Notes: generated from the sequence alone by a model not told the origin. Numbered from the whole stretch's first letter, positions 10,601-21,948 are shown. The stretch: DNA of 50,362 nt, filler included, from Catajapyx aquilonaris (GCA_000934665.2; 3 parts of 3 records of this genome joined end to end with filler, not necessarily neighbours in it); one strand, 5' to 3'. Numbers and translations are program-made.

Positions 10601-13600
10601 ATTTGACAGAGGACTCCATGATACTGCTCATTTGACATAATGACACCATGATACTGCTCATTTGACATAATGACACCATGATATTACTCATTTGACAAAG
10701 ACTTGCCCCCCTGCAAATAGAGTCAGATGACTATCTTGTGGCGAGTCAGATGACCCTGAACCGTACCCTGTGTGTGTGTCATTGCCCAACAGGACCCCCT
10801 CGAGTCGTCGTTCCCGTCAGCGACAAGAAACCCTCACGACAGCGCCCAACCTCACATGCCCAGTTCACTGGAGATACCGGAGGACACACCCCAGAGCTCC
10901 GGTAGCTCACGTCCCATGCCCCATTTCCAAACACTCCTTGCGCATCTGCAGGTGAGGGGAGATACATGCTTGTTTCTCTATCTTTATCTATCTCTATTTA
11001 CTAACACTATTCTTCAAACTGCTTTGCTTTGGCTTTTCGCCTGTTTTCCTGTCAATTGACGTGTGGCCTCTGGGCCATCAGGAGGCACTCCAGAGTAACG
11101 CCAAGCCCAGAACCTGTTGCCATTTCAGAGCTTCGGGAGTACCGGTACCAGGACCAGGTCACAGCCACCGGGGTTTCTATCCACTGTTTTGAATGACGAC
11201 CCCACTTACAACGGTGAGGACTACGATGAGTCACAGCCAAGAGACAGGATCGACGTTCTGGGGAAAGGTACATATTGGTTTGTTGGACAGTGACAGTTGG
11301 TATAATGTACCGGTACTGTTTTCAGGGAGTCCAGAGCACCTGCAGTTTGACTGGCTGATCACGGATTGGTCTAGATGTTCTCAGACTTGTGGGAGCAGCG
11401 GATTCCAGGTGAGTAGTCACTGTGCTCACAGTTGTCACAATGGGATCATCACAATGGGATCCTCACAGTATTAATTTTGTCAAGTGAGAGCCTCACAGTT
11501 GTCACAGTAAGAGCCTCACAGTTGTGTCACTGTCACTGTGAAGTCCTCACAGTTACAGTGAGAGCCTCACAGTTATGTCACTGTCACTGTGAAGTCCTCG
11601 CAGTTACAGTGAGAGCCTCGCAGTTGGCACAGTGAGATCCTTACAGTGTTGTCACAGTAGGATCCTCACAATTATCGTTGTGAGAGTCTCACAGTTGTGT
11701 CACTGACAATATGAGGTCCTCACAATTATTGTCACAGTGAGATCCTCACAGTTATCCATATAAGGTCCTCACACCACTCTCACTGTTGTGTTTGGAGCAG
11801 GTGAGAGCAACGCAGTGCATTGTGAGGCTGCACAATGTGTCCAGGACTGTCGAGAACAACCTATGCGAAGATGCTGGACTGAGTTTCCCTGCAACAATCC
11901 AGAAGTGTGGCCTTGATGCCTGCCCTCATTGGTCGGCTCATGATTGGACCCGATGCGAATCCTCCAGATGCTTCAGCTGGAACACAGGTTTGGACAATAT
12001 GATGGAATTGAGCCAAACTGATGACTAACACAATTTCATTGTGCAGCTATGCAGAAGAGAGATGTGAAGTGCCTGCTGCCCAATGGGACGGAAGTGAATC
12101 CAAAGTACTGCAGTGACAGCTTGCGGCCACCCAGGAAGAGAGAGTGTTACAATGAGAAGTGTAATGGGACGTGGAAAGTGAGTGAGTGGTCTGAGGTAAG
12201 TTAATGACGATTTACTATGGATGCAACCTGCACTTTGTGAGCAACCTGCATCCTGCATGGTACGTTTGAATGTAGTTCAATTTCTCTCACGTCCTCAACA
12301 CCTCACAGTAACTTAGCTTAGCTTGATGCCCTCACCATGCATGGATGTAATGAAGACAATGCATACAGAATACCCAGAACAGACGATACATTTATTATTA
12401 AAAATTATGACACAAAATTTTCATTCATTAGCTTGTTACTGGGAAACATATTTGAATCCAAAATATCTGGGTTATGTAATTTCATTACAACAATCGTTCT
12501 CTAGAAGTGTTTGTTTATTCTTTTGATCAGTTGTTAGTGTGTTTATTTGTCACATGTAACATACACATATGACTTCTACAGAACGAGACAGTCCCTGTCA
12601 CTCACTTGTAACATTACAAACTAGGTTGTTGTTATCTCCCTCCCTCCAACTATTCTTCACCATATCACCCCTCTGTCTGCCCTGCACTTTGGCCTGCCTG
12701 TGACCACCAAAAACCCCACAGTGCACTGCTACCTGTGGTGACCAAGGCATCCAAAGCCGAATCCTCCAGTGTGTGTGGTTCGGTACCAAGAAACCTGCCG
12801 GCAATGCATGTCGAGACCAGCCACGCCCTGCAGTTATAAGAATGTGCAGAGGAGCACCTTGTCCGCAGAGTAAGTGACCTCACAACACAACACTTGACCC
12901 AGCACAACTACTGAGGTGTACCGGACCAGCCTCAGTGACCTCACCACCACATTCTCTATCCTCCTATTGGTGTTAACACTTTTAATCTACTAGATGTGTG
13001 AATGGCTTCACCATGCTTGTCACATATCCTCAGACTTAGATGGTTTTTATTCACCTCAGTTTGTACATCATAAGCCATGCATTATATGAAACTACTTCAG
13101 TGAATGTTCAGTCTAATGTCCTGAAGTGTTCAATGAACTTTCAGTAGAGTCAATATCATGAAGTGTTCAATGATTGTTCAGTATTGGCATGAAGTGTTCA
13201 AGGAAACTTCAGTAGAGTCAATATCATGAAGTGTTCAAGGAAACTTCAGTAGAGTCAATATCATGAAGTGTTCAATGAAACTTCAGTAGAGTCAATATCA
13301 TGAAGTGTTCAATGAAACTTCAGTAGAGTCAATATCATGAAGTGTTCAAGGAAACTTCAGTAGAGTCAATATCATGAAGTGTTCAAGGAAACTTCAGTAG
13401 AGTCAATATCATGAAGTGTTCAATGAAACTTCAGTAGAGTCAATATCATGAAGTGTTCAATGAAACTTCAGTAGAGTCAATATCATGAAGTGTTTATTGA
13501 AGATGACATCAGTGAATATTGATCATTGGACCTCCAACAAAACTGACCTCTTGATGACCCATCTTCTGACGAGTTCTTCTTTCCTTTTCAGCTAACGACT

Positions 13601-13707
13601 GCAGAGACTATTCCAAATATTGTGGGCTAGTAAGGACACTGAACATGTGCTACATTCCACGATACCAACTCCAATGCTGCAAGTCGTGTTACGTGCGAAA
13701 TGGGTAA
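4331..13707 (+). CDS. madd-4: ADAMTS-like extracellular matrix protein (punctin/MADD-4/Nolo, ADAMTSL1/3 family), 5'-partial, 11 exons
   Basis: Exons 4331-4632, 6514-6641, 7446-7646, 9532-9827, 10793-10951, 11111-11267, 11326-11408, 11801-11987, 12047-12195, 12722-12869 and 13592-13707 splice at GT-AG in phase (1926 nt = 641 aa + TAA). Domain order: TSP1 (CSKSCGGG), Ig (KIKCP...IMW...DSGIYTC), spacer, three TSP1 repeats, C-terminal PLAC. No protease domain is visible; upstream exons lie outside the window. Confidence 0.9.
4915..5890. repeat. AAGTGGAAA minisatellite
   Basis: Many copies of TTTTAAGTGGAAATATAAGTGGAAAATCC-like units. Confidence 0.9.
6514..6641 (+). CDS. madd-4: ADAMTSL exon: Ig domain core
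   Basis: ttttcag|G...ATAG|gtaag; AKIMWAKNHEYIKKSKKYGVSKKGALRIREVTFSDSGIYTCI (Ig DxGxYxC motif). Confidence 0.93.
6780..7370. repeat. 28-34 bp minisatellite
   Basis: CACTGCTACTTTCATGACTTAGTCTTAGTGAATT (34 bp) in tandem at about 7026-7340; 30-bp variants upstream. Confidence 0.92.
7446..7646 (+). CDS. madd-4: ADAMTSL exon: end of Ig domain and spacer
   Basis: ttttcag|CT; AGQSSANLTLTVKQIPSHFLASEEMER...; the donor is either ctg|gtaaat (7646) or aacg|gtgact (7610), both phase 1. Confidence 0.8.
7850..9170. repeat. Degenerate AT-rich tandem repeat, interrupted by a SINE
   Basis: Recurrent AGCTACTTCTATCA, TAATAAGCAGC and CAGTTATAAATAAA motifs; (CAT)n(CAC)n at about 8987-9015. Confidence 0.75.
8614..8878 (+). 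mobile_element. tRNA(Ser)-like SINE with (TAAA)n tail
   Basis: Head GTGGTGGTTAAGGAGTCCGACTGCTAATC...GGGTTCGAATCC (A box, GCT anticodon-like loop, B box); unique body; (TAAA)n tail; target duplication ATAAATAAATAG at 8602-8613 and 8879-8890. Confidence 0.85.
9532..9827 (+). CDS. madd-4: ADAMTSL exon: low-complexity basic spacer
   Basis: ttgcag|CAG (NAGNAG)...GAAAGG|gtgagt; open frame GSSSRAQKPFIPDDDGFSHELKNG...GRKKGRKKGKGKGRGRGRQR...DQER; its phase 1 to phase 0 ends bridge the flanking exons. Confidence 0.75.
9950..10700. repeat. 24/30 bp minisatellite
   Basis: TTTGACAGAATGACTCCATGATCA units alternate with units carrying extra (T/A)CTGCTCA; this explains the repetitive ORFs at 9954-10498. 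Confidence 0.93.
10793..10951 (+). CDS. madd-4: ADAMTSL exon: spacer
   Basis: caacag|GAC...CTGCAG|gtgagg; DPLESSFPSATRNPH...SSGSSRPMPHFQTLLAHLQ. Confidence 0.85.
11111..11267 (+). CDS. madd-4: ADAMTSL exon: spacer
   Basis: cccag|AAC (or tttcag|AGC at 11129)...AAAG|gtacat; NLLPFQSFGSTGTRTRSQPPGFLSTVLNDDPTYNGEDYDESQPRDRIDVLGK; absent from the ORF track. Confidence 0.75.
11326..11408 (+). CDS. madd-4: ADAMTSL exon: start of TSP1 repeat
   Basis: ttttcag|GG...TTCCAG|gtgagt; GSPEHLQFDWLITDWSRCSQTCGSSGFQ (WxxxxWxxCSxTCG). Confidence 0.93.
11415..11780. repeat. CCTCACAGTT minisatellite
   Basis: Repeated GAGAGCCTCACAGTTGTCACAGT-like units. Confidence 0.85.
11801..11987 (+). CDS. madd-4: ADAMTSL exon: TSP1 repeats
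   Basis: gagcag|GTG...ACAG|gtttgg; VRATQCIVRLHNVSRTVENNLCEDAGLSFPATIQKCGLDACPHWSAHDWTRCESSRCFSWNT. Confidence 0.92.
12047..12195 (+). CDS. madd-4: ADAMTSL exon: TSP1 repeat
   Basis: gtgcag|CT...GAG|gtaag; AMQKRDVKCLLPNGTEVNPKYCSDSLRPPRKRECYNEKCNGTWKVSEWSE. Confidence 0.93.
12722..12869 (+). CDS. madd-4: ADAMTSL exon: last TSP1 repeat
   Basis: ccacag|TGC...CAGA|gtaagt; CTATCGDQGIQSRILQCVWFGTKKPAGNACRDQPRPAVIRMCRGAPCPQ. Confidence 0.93.
13110..13500. repeat. 37-bp minisatellite
   Basis: Near-perfect tandem copies of AAACTTCAGTAGAGTCAATATCATGAAGTGTTCAA(G/T)G. Confidence 0.93.
13592..13707 (+). CDS. madd-4: ADAMTSL terminal exon: PLAC domain
   Basis: Long pyrimidine tract then cag|CT; NDCRDYSKYCGLVRTLNMCYIPRYQLQCCKSCYVRNG* (PLAC CxD...C...C...CCxSC); stop TAA at 13705-13707. 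Confidence 0.93.
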
Positions 13708-15674
13708 AATGGGTGTTTTCATTTGTTGCGGTAGGTCTCTTCAGAGTGAACTGTGCGTGTGGTGAGATATTAAACAAAATGATATGAAGATGTATGTTTA
13801 CACTGCAGGGAAACCAACTTGGTGCTGTGCAAATTGACGTTCCAACAAAAAAAAAACAAATTGAACCCTAGGTACAGGGTGTTGGTGAACTTATTCCATA
13901 GCTTATAAAAAAACAAGTGTGCAAAAATAATGGTGTTCATCGTTTCCAATGGAAAGGTTAGTTCGGGAGTGACTTTATATGAAGAAGGCTGACCTGTGAG
14001 TGCGACAGGGACATTAATGTATTAATGAAGAATAGTTTGTGTATATTATAGTCCTCTCGAAGCGGTACTTTGGTAAGATCCTCTCCTCATTAGTGTTACT
14101 TCTTCTCGCTGCTTCCAAGAATTGCTAATTTACTTTTAAAAAAAACCCAATTCTCTGTATCCAAGCAATGTTGAATTCAGTAGAAAAAAAATTTGTGGAA
14201 TTTTCAAGAAAAAAAAAAACTTCAATTAAAGACAATTTTTCGACCATACCAAGTACCGGTACCATGGGTACACTCTAAATGTTCCGTGATAAAAACAGCC
14301 TCTATTTCTCAGCCTCTCCAATTTTAATTGTGTAGCACAGTTGTACATATGCAAATGTTATTTGTACACAGAAAAAGATAATCTTATTTATGTATTTGTC
14401 AGGCAGGTACACTCCGCACTGAGAGGTACTAATTAGTATAACGGTACTTACGTTATGTTGTTTGTTGTAGCCTACAAGCTAAAAAATGGCAAGAATAAGA
14501 CAAAAATGGTATCCATTGTGAAGCTATGAAGCTTGGGCCATTCTTTGTTATTTTAGTTGACCCTCCCTTGGTGACCTTTGTGACAGAATCTCGCTGCAGG
14601 TGTGACCTGACCTCTTTTTTTGTTTTTTGTTTTTTTCTGAAACTGCAACACTTCAGGGAAGATGCCACAGAGTGTAACTACACAAGTACCTCTTTTTCGC
14701 AAATATTTCTTTCCTATATTTAAATTTTAAAAATAATGTCAAAATCCTATTACATAACTACCCCCCAAAAATAGGATTTTGTAACTCTTTGCTCTTCTTT
14801 CTCAGTGGAAGATTACAACAGGTTACTAGTCATTACCCGCTGTTTTACACAAAAAAAACTTTAATACTGCATGAAAACCTTCCATTGTTAGTGGTTCATT
14901 CGAATTTTTGTCTTTTAATAAATTGCCTCAATTTATTACACCCCCTTTAGAATAGTTCTGTAGGCTCAAAATGCCTCTTTAAAAAACCAAAGTCCGCAAC
15001 CAAAGAGCTTGTCAAGTCTTTTAAAACCAAGTTCATATCATTGCTCTGTCGAAATTCAACAAAATAGGGCTAATTAGCAAAAAAGCCGTATCTGTCAGAT
15101 AAGGGCAGATATGACTTTTTTTGATAAGTACCCCCCCCCCTCCCCCCAAATTATGCTAAAAATTCTTCAAATTGGATTCAGGGCTCCAGCAATAATTCTG
15201 CCTTTTCTCTCTCTATATATCAACTATTATTTTGACCTTTTGACCCTGTGTGGCATTACATTGTAGTACATGGTTGTTAAGTGTTTCCAAAGTGTGTTCC
15301 GTTCGACCTCTTTTTTGAGTATTGTACATTGTGTTCTTTAATTTAATACGGAATCTTCACACTCAACAGCAGAGGTGTTCTTATGTTCCTGTTCCGAAGT
15401 CTCCTTTCAGGTAGAACAATGTGACAATAACAAGGTATTTGGCCAAATTGTTGCTAACTTTAACCAGCCGTTAAAACTCGAAAACTACCCCGTACATTCC
15501 AATTTCACCGTGACTGCTTTTGGTAGCAATATAAGTGTGTACCGTACTTCACCATTTAATATTTAAGAACACAAAAAATATATATAACATACAAGAAATT
15601 GCTAAAAGCGGAAAAATAAAAAAAGGCGAGAAGTTATTTTTAAAAATTTGCCTCCTTATTGTTTTGGGAGTTAA

Positions 15675-15857
15675 TTAGTATTGTTTCATTGTTTTTGTCC
15701 AGGTGTTGAGGAGGGTGTCTTCAGGTACGGACCAGAGGTGCTTGAGGGTGTTCCATCCACGTTTGGCACTGCACAGGAGGTACTCGTTACCAGGGTTTTG
15801 TCTGTAGGTGTATGCACCCATCACCAGGCTCTGGCAGAAACGGGCAGCCACACAACA
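15675..15857 (-). CDS. HYKK: HYKK terminal exon
   Basis: 183 nt, CCVAARFCQSLVMGAY...WTKTMKQY*; acceptor ctcttgcag. Confidence 0.88.
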   Translation of the reverse strand, partial: CCVAARFCQSLVMGAYTYRQNPGNEYLLCSAKRGWNTLKHLWSVPEDTLLNTWTKTMKQY

Positions 15858-16634
15858 CTGCAAGAGGTCAAGAGTCAAAGGTCATCCTTAGTTGTTGACC
15901 TTTGACCCCCATAAGACTTCAAGTGTCAATAGGGGTCAATAAACGAGGGGTTACCCACTCTTCTCAGAAGTGTACACCATGATTACCCTAGATTACCAAA
16001 TTATTACCCAGATTACCTTATGATTATCCATTATTACCCAGATTACCTTATGATTGCCCTAGGATACCCAGATTGCCTTGTAATTACCCTATAGATTACC
16101 TTATGATTACCCTATAGATTACCTTATGATTACCGTACCCTATAGATTATACCTTATGATTACCCTATAGATTACCTTATGATTACCCTATGGATTACCT
16201 TATGATTACCCTATAGATTACCTTATGATTAGGCCTACCTAAATTACCTTATGATTACCCAGATTACCTTATAAAGGTCTTGAGATTTTCAATGATTACT
16301 TATACTTATGATTATCATGATTACCTATGGTTTCTACATGATTACCAGGGATTACCTAACTAACTATAACTAAGTGTATAGGCTACACCAGATTAATGGA
16401 GTGGGTAATCCATTGGGGTCAAAGGTACATCTGATTGGACTTACTCTGAGTAGTTTGAACTCCAGGTCAGATATGGTCCGTTGAGTGACATATCCTGCCA
16501 GCACATGACCTCCAGCCAACAATGGGTCCATTGTCTTGCACTCCAGCATAGCGTAGCATATGAGGACACCCAACTCAAACAGGTAGCAGGAGTGTTGGGT
16601 GTCCCCAAAGTCCAAGATACCGGACACTGAGTAG
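15675..16634 (-). CDS. HYKK: Hydroxylysine kinase (aminoglycoside phosphotransferase-like), last two exons; 5' part cut off by the contig end
   Basis: Exons 16634-16445 and 15857-15675 join in phase 0 (AGA|gtaagt...ttgcag|TGT): YSVSGILDFGDTQHSCYLFELGVLICYAMLE...HVLAGY...EFKLLR/CCVAARFCQSLVMGAYTYRQNPGNEYLLCSAKRGW...LW. The GILDFGD, RFxQSLVMGAY and PxNEYLL motifs are typical of AGPHD1/HYKK. Confidence 0.88.
15980..16360. repeat. GATTACC minisatellite (about 23-bp unit) in the HYKK intron
   Basis: Tandem copies of GATTACCTTATGATTACCCTATA. Confidence 0.92.
16445..16634 (-). CDS. HYKK: HYKK penultimate exon (truncated by the gap)
   Basis: Contains the kinase-like DFGD motif; donor gtaagt on the minus strand starts at 16444. 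Confidence 0.88.
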
Positions 16635-16734
16635 NNNNNNNNNNNNNNNNNNNNNNNNNNNNNNNNNNNNNNNNNNNNTTAATTAATTAANNNNNNNNNN
16701 NNNNNNNNNNNNNNNNNNNNNNNNNNNNNNNNNN
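16635..16734. other. Artificial contig spacer
   Basis: 44 N + TTAATTAATTAA (stops in all six frames) + 44 N = 100 bp. Confidence 0.95.
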
Positions 16735-19700
16735 TTTTTGAATTCCACTTCGAAATGAAATTCTGGCAGGGATAATTGAAATTGAAGTGAAAGAAGACGC
16801 TGCTATTAATTCAGTAGGAACATAAATGCGGCAGTGTCTATGATGAAATGTATGTGTAGTTATATATCAAAGAGCCGGGTGCGCCGCAAGTTCTGGGCTG
16901 CAATATTTATTGCGCAGAACCCTGGCAAAATGGGTCTATCAGTTATTTTATAACTGTGTCATAATGTGGTCCTTAGCGCTTAGTGGTTAATGATCAACCA
17001 CAATTGGCCATTGAAGAATCGGGTTAAATATTGTATTTCCAATTTACAAGCTCTTAAAGTACAGAAAATTTAATACGCTTATGCTTTGGTGGTAGAGACG
17101 ATTGTATTATTTTGAGACTACAACGTATACCGTAGCTGTTAAATTTTACAGCATTAGTTTCAAAGCACACTTATTACACAGTTGTTATGCTATACCTGTA
17201 CTATAAGCGCCAAAATAATTAACACAGAGCCCCCTTTTCAGCAAAGGGTATAGAGCAAAAGAGCTTCAAAAACATTTCACCTAATTCATTACTCTTTAAA
17301 AGCTTTAGCGCAAAAGCTTAAACAACTATTCCCTTCACACTTCTTGACATACGCAGTACTGCAGAAGTACTATCGACAAAATACTGTCGTTGACACTTTC
17401 ACTCGTATTTCTTACTGAAAAGTGGCCACCTTCAGCTTCTACAGGTTCCAAGAAACTACGTACTTCTGCTATTGGCACATGAAAGCAAAAACCGCCTCGC
17501 ATATATAAGTCTACTGGCCCATACACCGTACGCAAATATGCGCCAATATACATGAGTGCATACCTGGAACTCGCAAGTTGCACTCCTAGGAATTCTCGCC
17601 ACTTTATGTGAACTTGAGTCTCCGTTTGAAACAAAAGGTAAAGTTTCGTCCTTTGGTTCCCCCTTTTTCTTCCTCGAGTTGAGGTCGCATTGATTTCCAA
17701 AAGATTCACGGAGGCAGTAATAGCGCAACAGCAAGGCAAAAGAAAAGACCTTTAACGAAAGGGCCCCGCAAAAAAAGGTGTTATCGGGCGAGTTGGAACG
17801 GTGAACGAGACTGGAGCGGCATAAAATAGGCGTCGTAGATAAGCGAACCGGGGTGGTTCCCACTTGAACATCAACAGCAAAGTAGCGCAGATAATGCAGA
17901 TGAAAAGCTAGTGACTGGGTTTTATGGCCGCGGTACCCCTCCCGCCTCCAGGCCATCAGAGGCCTTCCCCATTCCCCTACAGCCACCCCCGCACTTTAAT
18001 TAACAAGCGGTGGCCGAGGTCACCTGAGGAGCAGGTGATCATCCATCAAAAAAAGAAGTGAGCAAAACGCTCTCCGCAAAAACCCTGCCATCAATCTGCG
18101 TCATGATCCGGGTTGCGCCGGACCCGCCTCTCGCAGAAATGCTAGGAGAGCTAGTGTGCTCTATTTCTTATAGGTCAATGGTGTTCTAGCCAAACAACTT
18201 GCCCTGTCAGAATCAACGCAAACCACAACAGTCATTATTTAAATCATCAAAAAATATATATGCGCAAATTCAGCGACGTTACGTCCAAGTATACTGAAGA
18301 GATGATCATTTTGTTGGGATGGCAGCAGCGATATTGTGGTATGGAAGAAATAGATGGGGGGAAAACCTGCGCCTTGGCCAAGGCAGTAACTTGCTGCAGG
18401 GATGGAGGCCATGGTTTATGTGAGGCTTTGTTAGAATCAGCTCCCCCGAATTTTGACGTTTCAATATGGCGCTTTTCGGCCTGGGCCATTCTCCACCTGC
18501 CCTGTTTCTCACGCACTAAGCTACCGCAGCCCCAGTACGGCAAGCCTGGTTTTTACCCCAGAGCTTGGGCAAATAATGTTACAATCACACTGACTGCTGT
18601 AAGGTAAGATGATAACGCGCAAAAATGTCAGATGTAGAAAATTACTGCGAGTGCTAGTTATAAAATGTTGTAACAACACGACTGGGAATAAAAGGTGGCG
18701 GGCTTGTAGGAGATATGCTCGCGGCATATTGCGTAATGTAAAAGCCGTAATATTATCGATATTAAGGAAACCCGGTGTTTTATATTTGATGATAGTTCAA
18801 TGTATTATATTAAAGTCTGGAAGTATACCCATTCGATTTCCTGTCACAAATACACCCGAGTTTTTGAAAGCTCTCCATATTTCCTCGAAAGGCAAATATC
18901 AAGTCACTTAATGAAATTGAAGTTATTCACAAACGTAGCATACCATCCACTTTGAGGTAGGGTACACGGGTATATGCATTTATTTCCGAAACGAGTTTCC
19001 TATAGTGGACTGCATGAATGGACCCTTTTCATCCAACATAACACATGACTAGGCACAAAGCACCCAATTTGACAAACAAGCATTGAGAAAAATGGCTGCT
19101 CGATTTTCAGAAATTGCTAACATCATATTTTCGTTCTAACGGGTAAGTAATCACAGGATCACAAGGCAATTACCGTCGTTATGAAATCATACACTTCATA
19201 CCACTCAAATTGATGCGAAATATAATTAGGCCACCACGCGAAACACTCGTAATACACTGCAGCGTTTGCCCTATCTGGTACACCACATACACACGCTATC
19301 TAAATCACCATGGGTGCTCCATCGGTGCAGCAATTCCGCCTCGGCCGCCAACACCACAAAACTGAATAAAAAAGTGCGTTCACCGCGACCAGGTCAGTAA
19401 GTGCGTCACAACAAAGTTAACTACAAACCCGTCATAAAATGCCTTTGTGCTGGACGCCCGTGTGATCGTAATAAATTCATGTCATTAAGATTAGCATAAA
19501 CTTTCATCAACGCACTTGCTTCATTTAGATCCAGAATTTGCACAAAGCACACAAGGGCTTAGGTGATTGACCTCCAGAGTTAAATCTCTATATGCATGCT
19601 AATATAGTGTTCAAGATTAATTGAAGTTAATAACACAACGGCAATAGTAAATCACACGACTGAGAATCAGCATGCTTCCATATAACAGAAGTAATCAAAA

Positions 19701-21948
19701 GTAATGGTTTTGCAGGTGGCAAGTGGACGTTGTTCAGTAGGATAAGGTAAGAGTATGAATTATATTCAGGCAACGCAATGTGAAAATCAGGGTTCATTTG
19801 TCATCCGAGCAAGTGACCCTGACCTTAAATCCTAAGTTCTTCCACATTTCAGTAACACGTGGCTACTTCAATTTAAGGTGATGGCAGCCAGAACCTGAGC
19901 CACAGTGATACTTACGGATTACAATAAATGGCTGTAGTTTCTTTTTTTAAATATAGCATTTCCGTTGTATTCCCTACTGCAAAAAAAGACCGTAAAACAA
20001 AAAAAAACTCCGACTTTTAAAAAGTGTCTCCAACAATTCCTATTTTTACGCGACCCGGTGTTGAGTAATGATCATTCAGATTTAGGCCCAAGTATACCGC
20101 GTGCGGCTAAAGATAAAATGCTTTACAAAAAAAAACCACCTTTGTCGCACATAGCACGCGTTTAATTACTGAAACATCCAGCAGCGGAGCTTATCGTAGT
20201 CAGTCATATCTCGAGTGATGCCCAGACTTCAGAAAAAAACCGCAGCTGTTACAGGATTCATGCTAATTTTACGCCGAAGCTCATGCCCCTCAGTAACTAC
20301 CCACGTGGGCGGAATAATCACTCCAAATGATATCACATGCACAAAATGGTGTACACAACAATATCGCTCTTCCAAAGGCACGCCGCGCTAATTACCGGTA
20401 TCAGCGACGCCTCCGCTGGATGGCGCCCACCATATACCCGCCGCCATCTTTTGTTTCTCCCAACAGCATGGGCTCCGAAAATGAATTTTTTCGACGACTC
20501 AGGGATTTTTCTCCAGCTTCCTTCCCGGGTCGTGAATAAAAGAACGTACGAAGGGCGTCTTTGGGAAGTCTTGGGGGTGGAGCTGGGAAGAGGAGGAAGG
20601 GGATGAAAAGTGCAAGTGCAGTGAAAAGGGAAGTGGTAGTTGCAGAGAGGCAGGCAGCAAATTCCCGAGTCAGTGGACGGGGCTGCAAGTCTCTTGTGGG
20701 GGGCCCCAGCGTCGTTTACGACGCCATCTGGTGGCCCCAGAGCCGCCTCGTAAAACCAGCCATTGCACCAAACAGATAAAACTCGACCCCTCGAAAATTA
20801 ACTCCACCCAACCGCCAACCTAGTTCAGAACCAGGCCTATATGAAAAACCAAAGCATTACGATATACCTACGTATCATTGGCCACGGTCACGTTGTTCCA
20901 GTTATAAACAACCTGCAACTTAGGGGTTAGTTTACGCAGAAACATGCGCCGTTATTGTTTGGCACGTACATTCATTAATACGTACTAAGAACAGCCGGAA
21001 AATATGATGTTAGCATGTGATTGCAACATGAGTTCCTTTCTTCTCAGATTTCGGGGAGGTGACAGTTTTGTGTGTGTGAATTTCAGGTACTCTGGACAAG
21101 AATTAAGGGGGTTGCACGTTCCGTTATCGGTCACGTACGTCGTAAAAAAGGAGAGGCTACTTGAGTGTCCTGTACCAAAACTACGACCCACAAAAGCGGC
21201 AACATTACTTGAGAAGTACGGATTAAGTTTTGACTAACTTTCGAGCTACACACTTGTGGCATTGTCCAGAAACTATGGCATAAAACTTCATGGTTGAATT
21301 GCTGGACTGGTATGATGTGGCCTGTTGATGTAACTCCAGTTTGCGAGCATGAATTATCAGTTCAGTTACCCGCAAACAACGCCAACCAAAATGAATGTGC
21401 AGTAGTGAAAAATTGCACCACTGCAGCACTACAGTGTCGGTTCAACCATACAGCAAAACACTTGAAGGGTTTCCCGCTCAGAAATAGTATTCGTGTGTTA
21501 ATTCGCGGTACAACAGCAAATGCACACCCTAATGCACTTGGCGTGTCTGTTGACACCCTGCGTGCGCTACAGTCAGGGCTAGGTTCATACGTTCTATGCA
21601 AATATAATGGAGGCATATACACGCTCTGCCCAGGAATCTCGTTGGCAGCTCATATCAGAGGAAGGTTTTATCAAGATTTTCAACTAGGTTCCCGCACTGC
21701 CATCAACTTGTCTTCCACGCCCTGTAATCAACGGTACTTTAACCGGAAAGGTCGGCAATTCGGGTCTCGTCTTGAGGTTAGACTGCTCTAAATCTATATC
21801 GCCAAGAGCCACCTATTCATCTGATGAAACCGCTTGGAACACTACCCTGGGTCACATGGCCAAGAGGCCAGAAACCTTCGTATTTTCTTATTCCATCTGG
21901 CTATTGGTATACGTTTTCGACGAATATTTTTAACCACTTTCCCCCCAC

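Noticed and set aside
6780..13500. CRISPR-like appearance of the 24-37 bp repeats
   Set aside because: Head-to-tail tandem units with no unique spacers, no cas genes, and a eukaryotic intronic context
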